A stretch of 64,000 nucleotides of DNA from Neocallimastix sp. 'constans' (Eukaryota). Positions within the stretch are counted from its first letter, which is position 1, and each line of letters begins with the position of its first letter. The stretch covers positions 310,001 to 374,000 of the forward strand of contig JBODTK010000109.1 in NCBI GenBank assembly GCA_050613775.1, in the 5' to 3' direction. Position numbers and translations under genes: made by a program. The notes beneath the pieces are model-generated. The model was not told the origin of the DNA. It made no database searches and saw nothing but the letters and a program-made list of their open reading frames with translations. Below, one piece after another: positions 19,366-32,284 of this stretch.

Positions 19366-20289
19366 ATTAATAAATTAAAACTCAATTTTATATGGTACAA
19401 CCCACAGTAGAAATAGGTATTATTGTACTATGATATAACAATAATAACAATAATTATTTACTATAAATATCTAAATATATTTATATAATTTAATACGACT
19501 TGATTGGAAATAATTACTTATAAAAATATAATATGTATCATACCTAATTAGAAATTATCTCTGATTGGATAATAAAATAGGATTTGAATAAAAACAATTA
19601 GAAATAAAAAGAGAGAAATAGGAATTGTGAACGAGAGAGAATTAATTAAAAATAAGGAATTTTATTTAGTTTAGTTAATAAAAGAATATTAATAGTGTTG
19701 TAGGAACTAATTATAAATAATAGAGAGAGATTATTTATAATAGGGTTATAAATACATGTAATTAATAATTGTAATAAAATAAATTAAATAAAATTAATAA
19801 AGACAAAGTAAAATAAATTTACCTTAAAGAAATAATAAATAATTTATTTATCTAAAATATTATTTAGTATAAAATTCCCTGTCTTCAAAGCCCTTAACTG
19901 GTATAATTAATATCAACCGTACCATATACAAAATTTTTTACAATTAAAAATATTCAATAAAATTTGTTTTTTTTTTTTTTTTTTTTTTTTTATTTGGTTG
20001 TAAATCCGAATGAAATAAATATTGTATATATAAATTTTCGAAAGAAAAGACCACAGTAAAGAATTTATTTTTAATTTTTATTTTTTTTTTTTTTTTTTTA
20101 TTTTTTTTAACTTTATTTTCTAATTTTTTTTTATTTTATTTATGTAATAATTTTTTTTTATATCATTATAGATTAGTTTTTATTTCGAAATATCAACTAT
20201 ACGTAAAAGTCTGAGAAGTTTTGGTCCTGACCATGGAAAAATTGTTTTAATTTTCATTCAAAACCTTGAATTTTGGATTGAAAGTAGAA

Positions 20290-20500
20290 AAAAGTTCATA
20301 TGCAACGAACCTCACCTCCTTATGGATTAGGGTTTGAATTGTCTATCTGAAAGAAATTATGGTTTTCTCTTTCAGAGGCATTGGCCCTGCTAGCCTGTCT
20401 TACCACATTTTCAGCGTTGACGCTCCTGGTTAGTTTGCGCTTATACTTTCGGAATAGTAACCCTTGTCGAGTACTAGCCTATAATAATTGATATAATCTT
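20290..20500 (+). mobile_element. LINE ORF2 AP-endonuclease N-terminal relic
   Basis: Near-identical DNA to 30715-30870 (aaagttcatatg..gaacctcacctcc..ggtttgaattg..tatctgaaagaaattatg..cattggccctgct); RNSNPCRVLAYII follows. Confidence 0.6.
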
Positions 20501-20519
20501 CAAAATGAGAAATAGAATC

Positions 20520-20730
20520 CTTGAAAGAAAGAGGATTAAACATTCTAATCTTCCTAACGAACAAAACATAGAGTCATCGATGAAATTTAAAGAATTCTAT
20601 CTAATAGATGCAAGAGCATTGCATTTAAAAATCCAATACTCAAATGATTGATTACCTTCTCCACAACAGGGTTAAGTCTTAGAACAATTTTCTGATACTC
20701 TACCCATTCTAATAGCAATATCACTAAGTT
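20520..20730 (-). mobile_element. LINE ORF2 C-terminal CCHC zinc-finger relic
   Basis: Minus translation AIRMGRVSENCSKT*PCCGEGNQSFEYWIFKCNALASIR resembles the CPERCPCC..LEH segment of the 59.6-61.7 kb LINE. Confidence 0.6.
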
Positions 20731-21330
20731 TTTTTTTTTTTTTTTTTTTTTTTAGACTTAGAGAAAATATCACTAATATTAATATATTTCTATATTCACT
20801 ATTAATACTTGTTCCTATTATTAACAAACACTATTCCTATTGTTACTATTATACTCTTACCAACACTCTAAAATAATAGAAATTCAACATCTACCTATAA
20901 TTATTATTTTATTTAAACTCTATTAACAACTATTTCAAATACAAATGCTGATTCCACTATCACTACTATTATTATAATCAACATTTTAATTGACAAAAAT
21001 TTGTAAATGTCTTAATTAAATACTAAAAATTAAACAATTTATAATTAATAAATAAAAAAAAATTATTACACATTCAATTACTTACAATATAACACATTTA
21101 AAATTAAATAGATATATGATTTTTTATAATTTAATAATGTTTATATTATATATTTATTTTATATTATATTTGCTTAATTTAATTTAATTTGTTTCTTTTT
21201 AATGTTTTATATATAAATTATTTTAAAAAAATTTTTTAAAAATATATTTTAATTTTTAGTTAGCTTATTTACATAATACTATCTAAAATTCTAATATCTA
21301 TATATTTATAAAAAAAATATTATGTAATAA

Positions 21331-21370
<40 letters not shown>

Positions 21371-21579
21371 TAATTTATATATTATAAAGTATTTGATCTT
21401 TAATAATATTGAATTTATTTTTAAAATTTTAAATAAAATTATTATTATTTTTTTTTGTTTCTTGTTCGTTTGTTTGTTTGTTTGTTTGTTTGTTTGTTTG
21501 TTGTTATTACTATTTTTAATTAATATTGTTAATTATGATATTTATATAAATATAAAAATTTAAAAAGGGTTTAATAAAT

Positions 21580-23412
21580 TTAAACAACTTGAGTTATATC
21601 ATTTTCAACTGCAACTTCAGCCTTCTTTTCAACTTTTTTCTCCCCTTCAACATTAATTTCATTCATTTCAACCTTCTTAGCCTTTTCGACATTCTTATTC
21701 TTTCCCATCAAAGTTTGAACACCTTCAACTAAAAGAACGATAGATAAAATAACTAAAAGACTACCAAAGAAGGTTTGTGCGTATGGTCCCCAATCAGCAC
21801 CACCTCTTGAGATAAGGGTAACTTGGTTCTTAACGGTTAAACATAATGAACAGATAGTAACAACCATCATGAAAGCCATTGGTATCATAAACATTTTATT
21901 GTTCTTACCAACATTACCTAACCAAGTGGCAACAGCTAAAAGACCAATACCAGCAAGTAATTGGTTAGCAGCACCGAATAATCCCCAAATCTTGGAGTAA
22001 CCAGTTAAACCAAGAATTACACCTAAAACAACGGTAAGAAGAGTAGCAAAGTATGGATTAACCATAACCTTCTTCCAACCGCTCTTAATATCTCTAGCAG
22101 TTTGTCCTGGTTCTAACCAAAATTCTTGGAACATAAATCTACCTAAACGAGTAGCAGTATCTAATGAAGTTAAACAGAAAGCAGAGTATGTTACAACTAA
22201 TAAGGTGAATAAGGACTTTTCTAATCCCTTTAATCCTGGAATAGTACAGACCATCTTAGCAATACCTCCAGCAAAAATACCAGTCGCACCGGTAAGTTTA
22301 TTATCTGGATTAGCAGCATTCCATTTGTATGCATATGAAATAGCACATAAAGTTAAAATGGCAACAACACATTCTAATAACATACCACCATAAGCAATTG
22401 GCTTAGCTTCCTTCTTCTTGTTTAATTGCTTAGAAGTAGTACCAGAAGAAACTAAGGAGTGGAAACCGGAGATAGCACCACAAGCAACAGTAGTAAATAA
22501 GATTGGGAACATGTATTGAATACCATTACCATCGTTAACAGAGAATCCAGTAAATGCTGGGAAGCTATCCATACTTGGATGAGCACCAACTACACCAATA
22601 ATAGCAACACCTACCATGAAGTAAAGAAGGAAAGAAGTTAAATAATCACGTGGTTGAAGTAAAATCCAAACTGGAGTAACTGAAGCAATAGCAATGTAAA
22701 TACCAACAAAAATCATCCAAGTATTAGCAGTTAAGTAAATTGGATGGAAATAAATACCAACAACTAAACAAAGAACGATAGCAACAATACCTAAAATAGT
22801 AGAAATGAACATTGGAGCGTTACGGCTAGTGACACAGAAACCAAAGATAACTGCAACTATAATAAAAAGAGTTGATACCATAGCAACGGAGGCATTTGTG
22901 GAACTAGCAACCTTATCAATAACACCATCTTTAACAGTAGCACCGAAAGATGAAGCAACGATAGAAGAGAAAGCAGCAACAACTAAAATCAAAGTTAAAT
23001 AAGAGAAAATAATAAATAATCTCTTAGCACGACGACTCATATTTGATGAAATAATTTCACCAATACTTTGTCCCTTGTGGCAAATGGAAGCGTATAAAGC
23101 ACCGAAATCGTGAACACCACCAAAGAAAATACCACCAATAAGAACCCAAAGAGCAACTGGGAGCCAACCAAACATAGCAGCACCAATAGGACCAGTAATT
23201 GGACCTGCACCAGCAATAGAAGAGAAGTGGTGACCCATTAAAACTGGAGCCTTAGTTGGAACATAATCAACGCCATCTTGCATGTTATGAGCTGGTGTAT
23301 CCTCTTCTTCACCATCTTTAACACCCCAAACCTTGTTGAGCCATCCACCATAAAAGATGTAACCCAAGGCAAGGATAATAATACTTACAATTAATAATAT
23401 TAAAGTGTTCAT
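21580..23412 (-). CDS. cstA: Carbon starvation protein CstA-family transporter (peptide/pyruvate), intronless, bacterial type
   Basis: 610-aa polytopic membrane ORF with CstA motifs TPAH..DGVDYVPT..VLMGHHFSSIAGAGPITGP, GGVHDFGAL, PVWILLQPRDYL, FPILFTTVACGAISGFHSLVSSGTTSKQL, YGGMLLE, LTSLDTATRLGRF, IWGLFGAANQLLA. Confidence 0.96.
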   Translation of the reverse strand: MNTLILLIVSIIILALGYIFYGGWLNKVWGVKDGEEEDTPAHNMQDGVDYVPTKAPVLMGHHFSSIAGAGPITGPIGAAMFGWLPVALWVLIGGIFFGGVHDFGALYASICHKGQSIGEIISSNMSRRAKRLFIIFSYLTLILVVAAFSSIVASSFGATVKDGVIDKVASSTNASVAMVSTLFIIVAVIFGFCVTSRNAPMFISTILGIVAIVLCLVVGIYFHPIYLTANTWMIFVGIYIAIASVTPVWILLQPRDYLTSFLLYFMVGVAIIGVVGAHPSMDSFPAFTGFSVNDGNGIQYMFPILFTTVACGAISGFHSLVSSGTTSKQLNKKKEAKPIAYGGMLLECVVAILTLCAISYAYKWNAANPDNKLTGATGIFAGGIAKMVCTIPGLKGLEKSLFTLLVVTYSAFCLTSLDTATRLGRFMFQEFWLEPGQTARDIKSGWKKVMVNPYFATLLTVVLGVILGLTGYSKIWGLFGAANQLLAGIGLLAVATWLGNVGKNNKMFMIPMAFMMVVTICSLCLTVKNQVTLISRGGADWGPYAQTFFGSLLVILSIVLLVEGVQTLMGKNKNVEKAKKVEMNEINVEGEKKVEKKAEVAVENDITQVV

Positions 23413-26031
23413 TCTTGAATAATTTTAGCTATTTCTCTATTCAAAAATAAATATATTTTATTTATATTTTATATAAAGATATAAAATTATTAATACATAA
23501 TTTTACAAATAATTCTTTTTTTTTTTTTTTACTATTATTTTATTTATTTAAAATAAAATAATTAACTACCATTCTAACTTATGTTACTATTTAAATTTTT
23601 TCTATATGTTATATTATGAATATTTATTTCTAAAATTTCAAAATTAATGTTTCAACTAAAAAATTACAAATAATATTTTATATTACCATATATAACATAA
23701 TTATTTTTAAAATATATTATTTATACTTAACAACTATTCTAAAATTTATATTTTTATTAGTCTTAAATACTTAACAATTTTATATTTTATATTGTTTATT
23801 AATTACCTTTTTTTCTAGAAAAAAATATTAGTTTCAAAAAGCTTTTAATTAAATTATCTTTAATTTTAATTTAATTTAACTTTCTTTTATTTATTTTTAT
23901 TTTTATTTTTATTATTTTTTTTTTATTTTTTTTTTTTTTATTTTTTTTTTTTTTTATTTTTTTTTTATTTTTTTTTTTATTTTTTTTTATTTTTTTTATT
24001 TTTTTTTTTTAAAAGTGATTTTTAAACTTTATACTTTACTCCCTTATTTATATATTTTTTTAAAATTTTATTATTATTATATATAATAAAATAAATTAAA
24101 ATATAATTAAATATTTTAAAGTTTCTTTAACATATAATTTTTTTTTTAAAAAAATATATATATTTTATTATATAGATTGTAAAAATATATATAAAAAAAA
24201 CAACATAATATATTAATAAGTTTTAAATTGGTATAATGTATTATATATTATAAATATATAAATACAATATATATTTTATAATTTTATATTATTTATTTAA
24301 ATATATAATATATTACGAATCATTTCATTTACCCAAATTATACTACAATCGAAAAATATTAAATATTTAAAAAGTTCCCTAAAAAAGAAATTCTTGTTAT
24401 ATTTGTTAGAGGAAAATAAATTCTTTTTTTTTTTTTTAAACTACATGAATAAATTTTTCCATTTAAACTTCAACCAATAAATTTTTGTATTAAATTTACT
24501 TGTATAGTACATTAATTTTAATGAATATGAAATAAAGTTCATAAGCATAATTAATAAATAAATTTTATTTTCATTTATTTAAATAAATTTTGGTTGTATC
24601 CTAATGATTTATTTATTTATATATTGATACTAATATATTTGTATTTGTATATATAAATATATTAATTATATATATATTTTTTTCTTTTAAAATTTTTTTT
24701 ATTTTGAATTTTTTTTAAAGTCATGTCACACAAATTTTATATATTGAAATATTTATATTAATTCAATAAATTATTTTATATATCAATTTAAACATATAGT
24801 ATATTGAAATTTATATTTAAAGTATATTTTATTTTACATATTCAAAAAATATAATTTTAAATTTTATTATTAAAACTATATATATTTTTTTATTAAATAT
24901 TCAGTTTACTTCATTATATCATAATAATATTTGCTATATTTTTATTCCATTAAACAAAATCCTTGAAAAGTAGATTGATTTAAAAAATGAAAAATTCCTA
25001 AAAAAATGAAAAAAAAATTATTAAATATGTAATTAAATAAAAAAAAAAAAGATTGTGTAAATATTTTATGAAAAAAAAGAATCTGATTACTGAAAGAGCA
25101 TTTCTCAAGAATCTTTTAAAATATGTACAATTGATATACTTGTAAAATTCTTCTCTTTCAATAGCTATATTCTCTTCTTTTATATGCTATCCTACTTTCA
25201 CAATATTATAATAACATTTAAGATCATAATTAATAGGAATATTTTTTGCAAACAAGCATGAAAAATATATTCTTTATATAACAAAATAGATATAAATCCT
25301 AAGTTCATGATTAGAAGTAATACCCTTATAAGCTCTTTTTTTTTTATTTAAAAATAATTGTTGATTTTAATTTAATCTCTTCAGTAGCCTGTATTATCCT
25401 AATTGATTGATTTAAATACAAAAAATTATATAGAAATAAATAATTTCTATCATTGAAATTTCTCTTTAAAAATAATAATTAATTTAATATTTATTTAATA
25501 TTTATTTTTGTAATTTCTATTTATATCATATTATAATTTATAAAATAAATAGATAAAAAGATAGGTAAATACAAAAATATAGATATTAACAAAATAATGA
25601 ATAAATTATAATTAAAAAATAAAATAAAAAAAAACTTCTCGTTAGTTTAAATAAAAACTAATAAAAAAAAAAAAAGACTAATAATAAATATTTATTTTTT
25701 AAAACCTTTAAAACACAACTATTCAACCAGTTTCCTACAGAATTCAATATTAGCTATAACAAATTAAAATATTAACTAAATATTGAAATATAGTAATATA
25801 TATTATTTAATTTACTAAATATTGTGTATTATAATAATATATATTATATCAATTCTAAAAAAAATAATATTTATTTAATAAAAAAAAATTTTTTTTTATT
25901 ATAGCAATATAAAAAATACATTTATATTCAAATTTTTAATTTATTTTTTTCAAGTTATAAAATTTATCATCATCAAAATATATATTAAAAATTAATAAAA
26001 TAATTATTAAATCAACCCCACCCTTTTATCA

Positions 26032-26088
<57 letters not shown>

Positions 26089-26737
26089 GTAATACTTAAT
26101 ATTCATTGCTTTTTTAATAATAATATGTATTACAAAACTTATAAAATTTATTTTATGAAGAAGCATATAATAAAAACTATTACTTATTCTTTTAAATAAT
26201 AATTATTTTAAAAACTTCACCACCTTATATTATATAGCTTCAAGATAACTTAACGAAATTAGAATTTATATTTACGTAATCATTTACTTTATTGAATTAT
26301 TAGGTCCTTTATACATATATTTTCATTATAGAAGTTTATAAAGAAAATTATAAATAATTATTAACCCTTTTAAATATTTAAATATGAAATAAAATAAAAT
26401 AAATAAAAAATAAAAAAAAAAATTATGATATTAATAATAAATAAAATATATATATAACAAAATTATTAAATATTATAATTATTAATAAATATATATATAT
26501 AATGCAAAAATACATATATAAATGTTTTAAATTTTTATTTACTATTTTTATATTATTTAATATATATATATATATAAATTAATTATATTTGTCATTATTG
26601 TAATAATATAAAAGTACAATAGTTTAATATTGTTTTAAATGTAATCTGTTAAAATCTGTTATAGAAGTAATATATAAAATTTATTTATTTTATATTTCTT
26701 TTATATATACATATATATAATCTATATTATTTCTTAT

Positions 26738-26776
<39 letters not shown>

Positions 26777-27540
26777 TAAAAAAATTAAAATTTTTAAAGA
26801 TAAGAAATAATAAAAATAATAATTTATTTAACATTTATTTATTTATCTATTCATCTATTTTTCTGTTTATTTATTTATTTATATATTTATTTATTTAAGT
26901 ATTTATTTATTTATTTAACCATCAATCTTTAATCTCTCCTTTATAATGAAATTTCATCTCTATGTATTTTATTTTATTTTATTTTTAAGATGATAATCTT
27001 TATGTATATTCTTCATGTGCTTCAGGTTTCAATTTATTATGATTTTCTATTGATAAATTAAAGATTATAATTCTATTAAATATCTATTTCTTTTTATTCT
27101 CTCCTTTACTTAAATAAAGATTGATAATTGATAATTAGTATATATCAAATTAAATATATACATAGAATATCAGTTATACTATATAATTATTGATTATTTT
27201 TTTTCTTACAAAATATATAATAAAAAAAAAAAAAAAAGCTTATTAATATGATTATAAATATTTATTATTAATATAATAGTAACTATCTATAATGGAAATT
27301 TTTTCTGTTTCTACAAATTTGCAATTACTCATTGTAATAGTATAAAAATAAGCATAATATTTATGTTGAGTTTTGTTAAAAAAATATATATATGTGTAAA
27401 TATTTATATAAAAATATTTATATATAAAAATATTTTATATATCTATATATTTAACAATTTTTTTTTTTAAAAAAATAAAAAAAAAAATATTATAACATTA
27501 TTTTAGAAAATTCTTTTTTATTTTTTGTTCTTTTTTATAT

Positions 27541-27650
27541 TAAATATATTATAAATACAATACAAATATATTGGAAAAAATATATAATAAATTTAAAATA
27601 TATTATAAATACAATACAAATATATTGGAAAAAATATATAATAAATTTAA
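27541..27650. repeat. Tandem duplication of ~55 bp
   Basis: aaatatattataaatacaatacaaatatattggaaaaaatatataataaattta occurs twice in tandem. Confidence 0.9.
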
Positions 27651-28499
27651 ATTAAAAATTAATCTATAAAAAAGAAAAAATGTTAAATGATATTTATTTA
27701 ACTTTTATTTATTTATTTATTCATTTATTTGTATTTATTTATTTATTTATGAATTTATTATATTATTTAATAATATATATTATTTTATGATTATTATATA
27801 ATTATATACTATAACATATATTATTTATTAAATTATACCTGATTTATTTTATTCCTAACCAAATCCATGGTACAATAACCATTAAAATATTTTTATAATA
27901 CAAAATTTTTAAATTATTTGATATTTAGTAATGTATTATATTTTAATATATTATAGATTAATTTTATAACAGTTTATGGCTTATTAATTAAAATTTATCT
28001 ATCATTGATAACTTTAATTAATCTAAATAATTATGATTTATGAATATTTATTAAACATTAAAAAAAAAATGTATTAAAAAAAGTCATTTGAAAAATAATA
28101 TATATAATATAATAATATATATAATAGTCATGATTCTTTATAATGGAATAATATATTTTAGTATATATTTTAAATATAATAATAACTATTAAGAAAATTA
28201 ATAAAGATAATAATTAAAAATATATATTTAAAAAGAAAAAGAAAAAATAAAATAAAATAAAATAAAATAAAAACAAGAAAGAGAGAGAAAGAAAGAGAAA
28301 GAGAGAAAGAGAGAAAAAAAAATGAAAAGGAAATAGATAGGAAATTTTTAGTTAGTTAACAAGGTTTGATCAGAAAAAAAAATATATTATTATATTATAT
28401 GATTATAAAAAAAAAAGTTACAATTAAAAAAAAAAAAAAAATATACTGTATGTGTTCAAAACTGTTTGGTAAAAAAAAAAAAAATTAATATATTTTATT

Positions 28500-28559
<60 letters not shown>

Positions 28560-29783
28560 TTTTTTTCTTTTATGGAATAATAATTAATAAATTTTATAAA
28601 GTTATCTTTACTTATTTTTATATTTATATGTAACAGATATTATTAAAAATATATATTAATTTGATTATTTTTCCTTTTTTTTTTTTTTTTTTTGAAACTG
28701 TAATAAATATGTGTTTATCATTAAATAAGAATATATAAATTTACAGTATTTTAGCTACTATTCATATTGAATAATTACTTAATATAGAATAATAATGCAA
28801 ATGTATAAAATTAATTAAAATAAAAAGCAATTATTTTTTATTTTTTTTTTTTTAATTATCAAAATTTTTGTATCATTTAAATTTACTATAATTGTTTTAT
28901 TATAAGGATTGAAATTAATATTAAGTATCATATTAAAAATTAGTTTGAACATCAACATAAAATTATAATTATTAATATAATATAAATATAATTATTAATT
29001 TATAGTATAAAAAAAAAGAAAAATTAAAAATTAAATAAAAAAAAAAAAATTGGAAATAAAAAGTTTCTAAATTTTATACTTTTTTTTTTTTCATTATTAA
29101 AAATAAATTATTAAAAATTTATGTAATACTTTTAATACTTATTATATATATTTATTATACCTTGAATGAATAGATTTAAATTTCATATTTTAATCTAATA
29201 TACTCATTTTAAAAAAAAAATAAAATAAAAAAAAGAGTAAAAAATAAAAAATTAAGAATAAAATAATAATAATTCATTTGTACTATAATAAACAAAGATG
29301 ACTTATAACTACGATTACATAATTAATATAAAGATAAAATTATTATTTATACTATTATTTCATTTTATTATTATATTTATTATGTTTATTTCGTGTATTA
29401 TTATTATATTATTATTATGTTTAATATTTTTTTGTTTATTGTTATTATGTTTATTATTTTTATGTTTATTATAATTATCTTTATTATTATTTCATTTATG
29501 TTTATTATATATAAGTTTATATAATGAAAACATTGTTAAATCACCTTAGTTTAGACCAAAAGTCTGACAATATGTGTTTTGCAATCGAGAAACATTTTTG
29601 TCATGTTTATGCCTAACATAATTAAAAAAATTAAAAAGAAAATTTAAATATTTAGGAAGCTATGAAAAGACAATAAAATTTTATAAATTAATGAATTTAC
29701 TTCCTTTATTATAAAGTGTATATCAAACTAAAATTATATCATAATAAATTAAAATGATTTATAACTTCAATTAAATTATTAAT

Positions 29784-29832
29784 TTAAAAAGAAAATTATT
29801 ATTACAATTGTTATTTCATTATTATTATATTA

Positions 29833-29863
<31 letters not shown>

Positions 29864-30232
29864 TTTTTGGTAATGAGTATAAAATTATAATAATTATCCA
29901 TTATATATTGCCTAACGGTTTCGGCATCGACATGATCCATTCCATAGGCAAGGCTAATATAGCAGGATTTACCCGAAAGGCGTTTCAAATGAGAGTCTTT
30001 TTTTCAGCGATCATAAGGTTAAAACATTACCTTGGGATCTTTTCTAAGGTTTTTCCTCACATTTAATGGTTACTCGTCTATACAGTTGCACCTGGAACCA
30101 CTCATTATTAAATGTCGTAACCCTAAATTCCAAATAAAAATCCCTTATAGAAAAACCTCAGAATTTTAGCATCGCCAAGGTCTAACCAGAAGCCTTCGGT
30201 AACTAAGGTAATACATATTTTAAAATTAAATA

Positions 30233-30281
<49 letters not shown>

Positions 30282-30328
30282 TAATAATAATAATGAAATA
30301 ACAGTTATAATAATAATTTTGCTTTTAA
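29784..30328. mobile_element. Fold-back element: ~80-95-bp inverted arms around a ~300-bp GC-richer core
   Basis: Left arm aaaattattattacaattgttatttcattattatta..(T)n-agat mirrors right arm atct-(A)n..taataataatgaaataacagttataataataatttt; core ~29910-30210. Confidence 0.65.
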
Positions 30329-30714
30329 TCTTTATCAATAATGACAATAAAAGAAAAAAAAAAAAATAAATATTTTTTATAATAATATCAAAATTAAATT
30401 TTTTAATAATAATAATTGTATATATATATATGCATTATATAGCAGTGGTAATAAAGAAAATAAAAATTGAATTTTTAATAAAAAGAATAAGGATAATAAT
30501 TAATAGTAATAAAAATAATATATACTATAAAACTTTATTTATTTATTTATTTATTTATTTATTATATGAATAGTTATTTACTTTTTAAAAAAATAAATAA
30601 ATAAATAAATAAATAAATAAATATTATTTGTACAATTAGATCATAATAATATTTTGAATAGTGATGTAAAATAAAAAGTAATATTCAAAAATAAAGTGTA
30701 TAAATAAATTCAGA

Positions 30715-30900
30715 AAAAAAAGTTCATATGTAATGAACCTCACCTCCAAGATTTCTGTTTTAAAAGGGAATTCTTATTCTGGATTAAGGTTTGAATTGAC
30801 TTTTCTATCTGAAAGAAATTATGATCTTCTCCTAGTTTCAGAGACATTGGCCCTGCTTGCCTTCCACCAAGAAGGAAGTTATATATACAGTCGGAATTAC
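30715..30900 (+). mobile_element. LINE ORF2 AP-endonuclease N-terminal relic
   Basis: KISVLKGNSYSGLRFELTFLSERNYDLLLVSETL resembles the APE/EEP start (..N.NS..EL..L..YDIL.LSETW); repeated at 20290. Confidence 0.6.
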
Positions 30901-31179
30901 GTCACATATATATTTGCACACTCTTTATTCAGAAAATTACTAATATTTATAACATTTTCATAAATTGACCTATTCATTATGGTATTAGTAACGATATTAT
31001 TATTTTCACTATCACTAATATTATAATTCCTATTTTCACTATCAATACTATGACTATTATAAAAAAAAATTTTTTTTTTCTATTGTTATTATTATTAATA
31101 TTATATACTGTGCAGTGTTCACATTACTATTTGATATTGGACAATATTCGGAAATTATAAAAAAAAAAAAAAAGAAAAT

Positions 31180-31432
31180 CTTTCATAAAGAATTTCATCA
31201 TCCTTACAATATTTCATATTTGAAATTCACGGAAAAGATAGCATTTAGAAAATTAATGTTCCAACCGATGATTACTATTTTCTCTAAAACAAACAAGGAC
31301 ACCATTCTAGACAGTCGTCATCAATCATTTTGGCGGCTTTAGCAACACAAACAACGAATATATATCCACATCTGGCACGAAGTACTCATCGAAGCCAATG
31401 ATAAACTCAGGATACTTGAAGTTGAGTTTTAG
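31180..31432 (-). mobile_element. LINE ORF2 3' (zinc-finger) fragment
   Basis: Reverse complement aligns by eye with 61070-61315 (aagtatcct..cagatgtggatata..ttggaacattaattttctaaa..gaaattctttatgaaa). Confidence 0.8.
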
Positions 31433-31484
31433 TACACCTGATATAGACCATTACTTTTCCTTTATAATCCTCAATAGACCTTGG

Positions 31485-31527
<43 letters not shown>

Positions 31528-32284
31528 CATATCACTGTGTTAGAAGCATATTCAGACAATCTCTTAATTTATCATTAACAACTATGAAGTCAATATAGGA
31601 AAAATTCTTTTCCTCATTATTAGAACAAATAAATCAATAACCATTCCCATAGCAAACCATACATAAAAAGATTAAACCTCTATTTTAAATTATTTTATTC
31701 TATATTACTATTAATTACCGATTTAATTATAAAAAAAAATACTTAAAAATCAATAATACCTTTAATAAATTCAAATTTTTAATAAATAAAAAAAAAAATA
31801 AAATAATACTATAAATATGTAAAATACAAAAATAAAAATACAAAAATAAAAACACTTACTATTAATTCAAATTTATTTCTTTATAGTTTTATATTTTATA
31901 ATAAATTTTTACTTTAATTACTTTATTAATTACAAATAAATTCTTTTTTTTAATTAAATATAATTGTAATTAACTGTGAATTAATTTTAATTCTCTTTTT
32001 CATTAATTGAATTGCAATATATTTTTACATATTATTTTACCTTTTTTATAATAATTTAATGTAATATATATATATTAAAAGAAACCTAAAACTAATAATA
32101 ATTTTAATTTTTCTTTTAATATATTTATAATTACATTATTTTTTGTATAAAATTATTGTCTCTTTCGTTTTATATATATTAACATTCTGAAAAATAAACT
32201 TTCAAAATAAAAATTATAAGAAAATATATATTATTTTATCAAAATAATATATATCATTTTATATTTGCTTCTTTCACTTTCGAA

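Noticed and set aside
16522..23002. Plus-strand ORFs overlapping the 499-aa gene and cstA
   Set aside because: Antisense frames of real genes.
25080..25410. Possible transposase remnant (similar patch at 18400-18800)
   Set aside because: No diagnostic motif recoverable by eye.
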